A stretch of DNA of 64,000 nt from Bryobacterales bacterium (GTDB lineage: Bacteria > Acidobacteriota > Terriglobia > Bryobacterales > UBA6623): the NCBI GenBank assembly GCA_965217195.1, contig CBDCHL010000003.1, forward strand, positions 41,941 through 105,940, read 5' to 3'. Shown here in pieces: positions 18,917 to 25,845 of this stretch. The position numbers and the translations under genes were made by a program. How positions within the stretch are numbered: the stretch's first letter is position 1; each line of letters begins with the position of its first letter. Under the pieces are notes generated by a model, which saw only the letters and a program-made list of their open reading frames with translations, made no database searches and was not told the origin of the DNA.

Positions 18917-18975
18917 TCTCCGCGCGCCGGCGCCAGCGAATCGTTCGCGAGAACCTACTCGCGGTAATGGCGCGA

Positions 18976-19128
18976 TTATTGAAACACGACTAGATGCGTG
19001 AGCGCAATGTCGCTGCCCTTCGAGTCCGAGTAAGGCTCGCCTCGCACGACAACGCGTAGCGTGTGTTTGCCTTCCTCGAGATAGTAGTCGTGCCACACGG
19101 ACTCCCAGCCTTTAGGGGCGGCCTCATC
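18976..19128 (-). pseudogene. 3' remnant of an unidentified gene
   Basis: The reverse frame reads ...PKGWESVWHDYYLEEGKHTLRVVVRGEPYSDSKGSDIALTHLVVFQ and ends at TAA 18976. There is no start codon, and the upstream side runs into MITE-1 copy A. Confidence 0.3.
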
Positions 19129-19349
19129 CGGCGTGGACGGAAGGCCACGCTTCAGCCCGGTTCACCGGGCTTGGATTGCGGGTAGGCCGGTCCTTGGAGG
19201 GCCGGTTTGACGAGTTCGCCTGGGAGACGAGCCGCTTCAGCGGCCTTCTCCTTTAGGGCTTTAGCCATGGCCGAACCAAACGGAAAATTTCAGGCTGGGA
19301 ACCACCGGCGCCCGTGCCGTCGATTCCCCCAAGTTTTATGTCGCCCACC
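19129..19349 (+). mobile_element. MITE-like element family 1, copy A (left end missing)
   Basis: Collinear with 50350..50582, including the hairpins and the right terminal repeat ...TTTTATGTCGCCCACC. It lacks the left ~45 bp. Confidence 0.6.
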
Positions 19350-19482
19350 CGATGCCCCGGGTCCTGTGACTTGCGTTTCGCCTTGCCGCGATGCACCCTA
19401 AGGATGGAGCCGAGAAGCGCCGACACTCGGCAAATCGCGGCGCGGCCGAGTTGACAACGATCCGAAGGTCAATCCGAACGTA

Positions 19483-20208
19483 ATGACGGGTCCACTTTAT
19501 TTCCCACTCGCGGCGGCAACCGCTCTCGCACTGGCCGTTACCGCGACGGCGGCAACGCCGGAAGAGACTGAATTCTTCGAAAAGAACATCCGTCCGATCC
19601 TCGTTGAAAAATGCGCTCAATGTCACGGCGAACAACTGCAGACAGCCGGGCTGAAGCTGACGACGGCCGAAGGCTTCTTTAAAGGAGCGGACACGGGGCC
19701 GGTATTTGTCAAGGACGATCCGGGAAACAGCCGCCTGTTAACGGTCGTTCGCTACGAAGACAAAGTCAAGATGCCGCCGACAGGGAAGCTGCCCGACGAA
19801 GAGATCGAAGCCCTAACCGCCTGGGTCAAGCTGGGCGCCCCATGGCCCGGCGCCGACCTCAAGGCCGTCACCGCGGACCAGGGCTCGGGTCCGCAATGGA
19901 CGAAGGAACAAGAGAGTCACTGGGCGTTTCAGCCCATCCAAGCCTATGAACCGCCTGCAGTGAAGAAGGAAGAGTGGGCGCAAACGCCGATCGACCATTT
20001 CATCCTGGCGAAGCTGGAAGGACAGGGGCTTTCCCCGGCTCCCCGGGCCGACGAGCTGACGCTGCTGCGCCGTGCCAAGTACGACCTTCACGGGCTGCCG
20101 CCGAGTGAAGCTGAAATTGAAGAGTTCCTGGCGGACGAAGTCCCCGGGGCGTTTCGACGGCTGATCGATCGACTCCTCGACTCCCCACCCGACCATTGTT
20201 TTCAATAA
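19483..20208 (+). pseudogene. 5' fragment of a planctomycete-cytochrome-c/DUF1549/DUF1553 gene
   Basis: Signal peptide, CAQCH haem motif, HWAFQP, and PIDHFILAKLE...LLRRAKYDLHGLPP are present. Homology stops after RLIDRLLDSP (about 20188), where paralogue 28332..30938 continues YGERWARHWLD. The fragment is 241 aa versus about 870 aa. Confidence 0.7.
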
Positions 20209-20234
20209 CTTACAAATCTCGGTTATTGAAATCT

Positions 20235-20610
20235 GTTGTTCTGTGAGGCTTTGAACAGCCACAAAATCAGTCTACAGTAGCTTTCTCACAGCGAGCATTG
20301 AGTTCGATATCCTCCGCGTAATCAACGGCATACGCGCTATGAAAAGGCGCCTGCACTCCTGCTCTTAGGACAGGTGGTCGTGTCGAGTTTTCGAAGCGGA
20401 GCCGGACTGCGAGTCGCGACGTTTCGCTTGACGAAGAGCAAATTCTCAAGAATGAGGCTCCTGCGGCTGGGGAGAACGAGTTGGGGCAGTCGAACGAGCG
20501 GGGAAATCGGCTGAATCACTGCTACTAGAACAGCGGGCCTGGCTGTCAAGTGAGCTTCGGCCTAAGCACCTCAATCTACACGGCTACGCAATTTTGGCGA
20601 ACCGCAGCTT
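20235..20610 (+). mobile_element. MITE-like element family 2, diverged copy (right arm 20528..20603 is clear)
   Basis: The right arm is about 85% identical to 25727..25802. A degenerate inverted left arm lies at about 20258-20310 (CCACAAAATCAGTCTACAGTAGC...CATTGAGTTCGATATC). Confidence 0.45.
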
Positions 20611-20625
20611 CGTCGAGCACACGGA

Positions 20626-22173
20626 TCAGTTCCGCCTCCTCACACTCCTACCCACCGCCGTCAAGAAGATCGCACTCTTTCGCTCGGCGTGAGGTGAGAA
20701 AAACTTGACCACATCATCGTCGTAGAAGGTTAGCCCGGTAGCCCCCAAGCGCTGGGCGTAGGCAGAAAGATAAACCTTGCCCCCGATAATGCCGGCTTCG
20801 GTTTGTACGGCCCGGTAGCCGCGATTTCCGAATCGCTCAAAGATCGCCTTCAAGTCTGCCAGGTAGAAGATGGCGACCGATGCGTCGGCCGGAAGGCGCT
20901 GTTCCAGTCCAAGATAGCCTGCTTGGTCTCGGAAGTCCCCTTCGCTGAGTAACTCGAGGGCCCGCTGCGCGCGGTTAAAAAAGTAAGACCCCGGGGCTAA
21001 ACCGTGCACCGCGTTCACAATCAGGTAGAGGTCGTTGAGCTGGGATCCGAAAGGATCGAGAAAGTCAGCGGAAACACCCCGCGTCGCCCGTTCCAGAATG
21101 GTCGACAATTCCTCGAACGAAATCGGCGCTCGATCAAACTGCCGGGTCGAGCCCCGCCGCTGAATTACCTTCTCAATCGGCTCGGGCGGGAGACGGTCCG
21201 CGAGCAGCGGCCGAAGCGGAACCAAACTCCGAATGGGCTGCTGGACTTCTTTCGATGGAGGAGCGCCATGCCACGCAGCAACCTCTGAACTGTCAGCCAG
21301 CGACGAGTACTCATGCATTTCCCGCATCAGCGGGTAGTCAACCTCCGTCTTAGAAAGCGGCTCGACGGGGCAGCCGAGCCGCGGCAAATCACTCGGCCCG
21401 TGCGGGACCGGGCGTGAGCTGCCACCCAAAGTAACAATGGAATAACTGACCTCCTTCGCTGTGTCGACGTCCAGCAGCCGATTCAAGTCCTGATCGGCAA
21501 ACCCCTGTACCAGCGTCGCCGGTATGCCGTGAGCCGCGGAGAGAGCGAATAGATTGGCGAGTAATGTACCGTTGTCCCAGCCAAAATGGCGGTATGCACG
21601 AGATTGATACTTCCAGGAGTTTCGCCAGTAAGTGGCGGTGCAAATGATCGCAACCGACGCTGACAGGACGGCTGGTTCCTCTGCCGTTGCTTTCCTGAGT
21701 ATGCCCCTATGATCGCCGTCTCGCAGCCGTCGCAACGACGAATCCTTCGGACTCCAATGGTAGACACCGGCCGGCAACTCTTCCAGGTCAGCACAGACCA
21801 CGTACAACTCGATCTCATACAGTGCCCCGGTGCAAGCAGCCGCCCGAAATAGAATCTCGCCGCCGGCGTATTTCCGGCGCCGTGTGATACCGCCGGTGTA
21901 GTGCAGAATCCGGGCAAGTTCGGCGAGCGTTGGAATACGGTCGGCAGCAGCTGCATCACCGCTGTCCGTATTCGCACTCACGGCAGCCAAAGCCGGCATG
22001 GTTGAATGCTCAGAACCTTGCGGCAACGCGATCGTCTTCAAGCCCGTGTAAGTCTTGAATGGCACAGGCTGGTTGGGCCAGTCGAGGAAATGAGGATTAT
22101 TGCGGATGCTCCAAGAGGAGTGTTTTGTGCGCTCATGGTACTGCCAACCTTTCTCGGTATCACGGTTGGGCAT
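20626..22173 (-). CDS. SagB/ThcOx-type dehydrogenase (double nitroreductase fold)
   Basis: ATG 22173. The N-terminal WQYHERTKHS motif is typical of SagB-type domains. At about 515 aa it is consistent with two nitroreductase-like halves. Confidence 0.7.
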   Translation of the reverse strand: MPNRDTEKGWQYHERTKHSSWSIRNNPHFLDWPNQPVPFKTYTGLKTIALPQGSEHSTMPALAAVSANTDSGDAAAADRIPTLAELARILHYTGGITRRRKYAGGEILFRAAACTGALYEIELYVVCADLEELPAGVYHWSPKDSSLRRLRDGDHRGILRKATAEEPAVLSASVAIICTATYWRNSWKYQSRAYRHFGWDNGTLLANLFALSAAHGIPATLVQGFADQDLNRLLDVDTAKEVSYSIVTLGGSSRPVPHGPSDLPRLGCPVEPLSKTEVDYPLMREMHEYSSLADSSEVAAWHGAPPSKEVQQPIRSLVPLRPLLADRLPPEPIEKVIQRRGSTRQFDRAPISFEELSTILERATRGVSADFLDPFGSQLNDLYLIVNAVHGLAPGSYFFNRAQRALELLSEGDFRDQAGYLGLEQRLPADASVAIFYLADLKAIFERFGNRGYRAVQTEAGIIGGKVYLSAYAQRLGATGLTFYDDDVVKFFSPHAERKSAIFLTAVGRSVRRRN

Positions 22174-22508
22174 ACCAGGCGAGCATATCAATTCTCAACT
22201 GGCTCAACGAACCACCATCCCACCCGCGTTCACCAGTAGGTTCATGTACACCTGGTTCAGCCGGCTTGGATAACATCAAACCAGCGAGGCGCGTCGCCAT
22301 AGTCTTTATGCACGGTGACTCGATCCTTGGGTTGGTTGCGAATAAGTGTCAGCGTGCTTTCCAGGCCTTCGTGGATGTCGACCTCGTCTTCGTCGGCACG
22401 CTCGGGCCGGCGGACGCCCGGGGCCGCGGCCGGAGCAGGCCGGGTCGCCGCGTCTCGGCCCGGCGGGAAGTACGAAGACGGCCTGGCGGCGGTTTGAGCG
22501 CGAAATCG

Positions 22509-22880
22509 CTATCGCCGGTTCATCATGAACGTGGCGGTGTCGCTGAAGAACTCGCGAAGCATCTGCTCGGCTTGCGCGGGCAACCGGGTCTCGGCGAGCG
22601 CCCGTTCCATCAGCGATATCCAGCGATCTCGGGCGCGCTGATCGACGGGGAAGGGGAGGTGTCGCTGCCGCAGTCGGGGGTGACCCCGCTGCTCGATGTA
22701 GTGCTTCGAGCCGCCGAAACGAAAGATCAGGAAATCCCGCAGCCGCTGCTCGGCTCCGGCCAGATCATCGGCGGGATAGATCGGACCAAGGATATCGTCC
22801 TCGGGAATCTGGCGGTAAAAAGCGCCGATAAGACGGGTGAAACCGTCGTCGCCGATCATCTCGTGAAGGGATCGAGGCAT
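22509..22880 (-). CDS. group II truncated haemoglobin (GlbO/YjbI-like)
   Basis: ATG 22880 gives 123 aa: FYRQIPEDDILGPIYP...FLIFRFGGSKHYIEQRGHPRLRQRHLPFPVDQRARDRWISLM. The longer track ORF runs into a repeat. Confidence 0.8.
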   Translation of the reverse strand: MPRSLHEMIGDDGFTRLIGAFYRQIPEDDILGPIYPADDLAGAEQRLRDFLIFRFGGSKHYIEQRGHPRLRQRHLPFPVDQRARDRWISLMERALAETRLPAQAEQMLREFFSDTATFMMNRR

Positions 22881-22934
22881 GAGAAAAGCGAACAGTCGCA
22901 GCATATCATTTAAGTTGGCACCAGCTTTTTGACC

Positions 22935-23250
22935 CTGCGAGTAGCTGGGGGTCAGCTGAAGGATGTTTATCCTGCGCGAATATTCCGTCCGCGTCAATAC
23001 ATTGGGGTTATCAACGATCCGGTCTTTTTTGGCGTTGTTCCGCCGGGCGCGCCGTTCGAACTGGCAACCGGAGGGCCTTTTTGCTTAGGTACAACGGTCG
23101 AGTGGTTTCAGTGCGATGTGGAGAGGCGACATGAGACGACCCTCCCAGATCGACTTTACGGTGGCATTGCCGTTTTCGCGGTCGTCTTGTACGCGGCCCC
23201 AAAATGCGTCGGAGCTTCGTCTAAAAACGGCGTCCGGAAAGGGGTGCTGT
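22935..23250 (+). mobile_element. MITE-like element family 2, degenerate copy (core 23013..23087)
   Basis: The core AACGATCCGGTCTTTTTTGGCGTTGTT..CGGGCGCGCCGT..CCGGAGGGCCTTT matches 25639..25712. ATACATTGGGGTTATCA (22998-) matches 28135-. The flanking arms are only weakly recognisable. Confidence 0.4.
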
Positions 23251-23409
23251 CGCTTTTTCCTAGTGGAAGGCGACAGAGCGGCAACAGGACCGTCTGACAG
23301 AGCGAGCGCGCAAAACGGCCGCCTGATTCTTGACTTCTTGCTGGACTGGTGGGACGAGTACCTCTTGAATGCGCGCCTATTTTAGTACGATCTGAGAGTG
23401 CCGGGTTCC

Positions 23410-24051
23410 ATGATGAACGACGAGCAGGTCTTCCGACTCATCCTGATCTTGGGATTGGTCACCGTATCTCCGATCGGCATCTACCACCGACTGAAATCGC
23501 AGGCCGGCGGCGAACGACTCGATCGACGACAGGAAGGCATCTTCATCCTCGTCACTCTGCGGCCCATCGGTCTGGCGGGGATGCTCGGGCTCTTGGCCTA
23601 TGTTATTGACCCGGCCTGGATGAGCTGGTCGCAGGTTGAGCTTCCGCTCTGGCTCCGTTGGTCCGGCGTGGGTATTGGCGTGAGTGCCGCCCTGCTGCTG
23701 ATCTGGGTATTCCGCAGTCTCGGCACCAATCTCACCGACACCGTCGTAACGAGGGCGGAGCACACGCTGGTCACGACCGGCCCTTATCAGTCGGTCCGCC
23801 ATCCGCTCTATGTGGCAACTGCACTGGCAGTCATTGCCAATTCCCTCGTCACTGCCAACTGGTTCTTGGCCCTGACCGGTGGATTGACGGTCACCCTCAT
23901 CGTCGTCCGTACACGGACGGAACAAGAGAAGCTGGTCGAACGTTTCGGCGACGAGTATCGAACGTACATGGATCGCACGGGGAGGTTCTTCCCTCGGGTA
24001 CGCCGACAGGGTAAACAGGTGTCGCGTTTTGGGGCAAAAGGCGACACCTGA
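23410..24051 (+). CDS. isoprenylcysteine carboxyl methyltransferase (ICMT/PEMT) family membrane protein
   Basis: Multi-TM protein with GPYQSVRHPLYVATAL and EQEKLVERFGDEYRTYMDRTGRFFP, typical of the ICMT family. Confidence 0.8.
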   Translation: MMNDEQVFRLILILGLVTVSPIGIYHRLKSQAGGERLDRRQEGIFILVTLRPIGLAGMLGLLAYVIDPAWMSWSQVELPLWLRWSGVGIGVSAALLLIWVFRSLGTNLTDTVVTRAEHTLVTTGPYQSVRHPLYVATALAVIANSLVTANWFLALTGGLTVTLIVVRTRTEQEKLVERFGDEYRTYMDRTGRFFPRVRRQGKQVSRFGAKGDT

Positions 24052-24144
24052 GGTCGCTCGTGGGAAGCCCAAGTAAGGGGCGGTAGGGCACTTCTTGAGT
24101 GTTGGGTGGCTCAAGAACCGAGTGCTGAAAACAGAGGTGCCCAT

Positions 24145-25443
24145 TCAATGGGCAAGAGAGCTGACGCGATGCTCCCCGATAAGAAAGGCCGTGGCGAACG
24201 ACAGTGCGATAGCGGAGATGACCACGAGAATCGTGAGGAACGCCGGCCATCCCTGGTCCCTGATCACGGTACCGGCCAGGGGAGCAAAGACCATAGTAGC
24301 GCCATAGCCGAACGCATCGATCAGACCGATCAGCACCCCCGATCGGGCGCGCCCAAACTGAATTGAGAACACACTCATGGGAATGTAATAGGCAGGCGAT
24401 ACTGCTAGTCCGAAGATGAAGGTCGCACCCACGGAGACACCCAACCCGGTCGACGAGCTCAACCGCAGTTCCGGTATGAAGCGAATCAAGGCAATGGATG
24501 CCAGCCCGACCGCCAGTAGGCCCCCCAACAGACGTATCCGACCTCCTGTGGTCAGCTTGTCATAGAGCAGGCCTCCAGCCAGCACCGAGATGAATGATCC
24601 GGCCGGAAAGGCTGCGGAAGCCATGCCCGCCGGTCCCGATTCGATGGCGAAGTTCTGCTGAAAATACAGGGGCAGGAAGCTGAGAAACTCCATTTGGATC
24701 GTCATCGCCATCATGGCCAGGCAGATTAGCTGGACGCGTCGATTCTCCGCGAAGTGGATCAGTGCCGCCCCCAGGGTCTTCTCCCAGGACAACAGCTCCA
24801 ACCGCGGCTCCCCGCCTTGCATAGGTTCCGGATCAGACGGCGCCAAACCGACTTGGGCCGGGCTGTCCTTGAGCAAGATGAAGTTGAGCCCCACGATCAG
24901 CGCGCTGACCACCCCGGCCGCGTAGAATAGCCGGCGCCAGGGAAGATACACCAACAGCCCGCCCAGGAAGAAGCTGGAGGCCACGCTGCCGGCCCGCGAA
25001 CTGGTCGAAATGACACCCCATACCCGCCCATGCCTGGCAGCATCGAACCAGGCGCCGATGATCTTGGCCATCGCAGGCCAACCGGCTGCCTTCGTCAGTT
25101 GGGCCAGAAAGTTCATCAGCATGAACAGGACGTGTGCTGAGGACGCGCCGAACATCACGGTTGCAGCGCCCATCAGGGACATCGCGAGCAAGAACAGCCG
25201 GCGGCCGCCGAGGACGTCTGCCAATGCCCCATTGAGCAACTTTCCAGCAAGGGCGCCCGCAGCTCCCCAGCCCAGCAGGGCGCCAAATCCGCTCTCATCC
25301 AAACCGAGAGCAGCGTCGTTGATCATCTCCGGAGATGCGATCGAAACCGTGGTCCGGCAGAGGACCAGTCCCGCGTAGCCGCCGTACATACATGCGACGG
25401 TAGTCAGCTCCCAACGCAGTCGATCCGGGGCAAGGTCAGCCAT
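24145..25443 (-). CDS. MFS transporter, organophosphate:Pi antiporter-like
   Basis: 432 aa with about 12 TM segments. AAGWPAMAKIIGAWFDAARHGRVWGVISTSSRAGS resembles the GlpT/UhpC signature region. Confidence 0.8.
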   Translation of the reverse strand: MADLAPDRLRWELTTVACMYGGYAGLVLCRTTVSIASPEMINDAALGLDESGFGALLGWGAAGALAGKLLNGALADVLGGRRLFLLAMSLMGAATVMFGASSAHVLFMLMNFLAQLTKAAGWPAMAKIIGAWFDAARHGRVWGVISTSSRAGSVASSFFLGGLLVYLPWRRLFYAAGVVSALIVGLNFILLKDSPAQVGLAPSDPEPMQGGEPRLELLSWEKTLGAALIHFAENRRVQLICLAMMAMTIQMEFLSFLPLYFQQNFAIESGPAGMASAAFPAGSFISVLAGGLLYDKLTTGGRIRLLGGLLAVGLASIALIRFIPELRLSSSTGLGVSVGATFIFGLAVSPAYYIPMSVFSIQFGRARSGVLIGLIDAFGYGATMVFAPLAGTVIRDQGWPAFLTILVVISAIALSFATAFLIGEHRVSSLAH

Positions 25444-25584
25444 GCGACCTGTGACCGCAGCTCATCGATGCTCGCCGTGATTCCGACCGTCTTGTCATTC
25501 CGTACTACTTATCACCGACGGGGGCGGGCGGAAGAATGGGCTTCGACGGACGACGATAGGACGAAGTAAGGGCCTGTTGTAGGA

Positions 25585-25810
25585 GCCTGTCCCTCGTCAA
25601 AACTCCGTAGCCGATCGAAATTGAGGACCGGAGTCTTGAACGATCCGGTCTTTTTTGGTGTTGTTGCTCCGGGCGCGCCGTGCGACCCAATACCCGGAGG
25701 CCTTTGGAGCAGGCCCCAGAGTGTGTGAACAGCGGGCCTGGCTGCCAAGTGAGATTCGACGCAAGCACTTCAATCTAAACGGCCACGTAGTTTTGGGGAA
25801 CCACAACCCC
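25585..25810 (+). mobile_element. MITE-like element family 2, most complete copy
   Basis: The left end TCAAAACTCCGTAGCCGATCGAAATTGAGG (25597-25626) is an imperfect inverted copy of the right end CTTCAATCTAAACGGCCACGTAGTTTTGGGG (-25798). There is an internal hairpin plus T6 at 25626-25656. Confidence 0.6.
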
Positions 25811-25830
25811 TCCTGACCCGGATATCTAAC

Positions 25831-25836
25831 TATAAT
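25831..25836 (+). promoter_or_regulatory. candidate -10 box
   Basis: A perfect TATAAT lies 9 nt upstream of ATG 25846. No convincing -35 was found. A near-leaderless transcript is possible. Confidence 0.2.
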
Positions 25837-25845
25837 GTGCCTCAT

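Noticed and set aside
19160-19273. A short minus-strand ORF starting MAKAL(K/R).KA.E.A is shared by MITE-1 copies A and B. It includes an in-frame TGA in copy A that could have been selenocysteine.
   Set aside because: The copies need different frames to stay similar. Copy C has a deletion removing most of it. There is no SD and no SECIS-like context. The similarity is explained by nucleotide-level repeat identity.
25626-25656. The hairpin GACCGGA-11 nt-TCCGGTC followed by T6 was considered as an intrinsic terminator of a gene.
   Set aside because: No plus-strand gene ends upstream of it. It is an internal part of the family-2 repeat, so it is reported there instead of as a gene terminator.
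25727-25802. Translating the family-2 arm gives RAWLSSEIRRKHFNLNGYVVLAN. This looks like the N-terminus of a phytanoyl-CoA-dioxygenase-type protein and is present in three copies.
   Set aside because: Differences between the copies are mostly non-synonymous. The frames end after 30-60 codons or run antisense into neighbouring genes. No start codon is conserved. It was treated as non-coding repeat.
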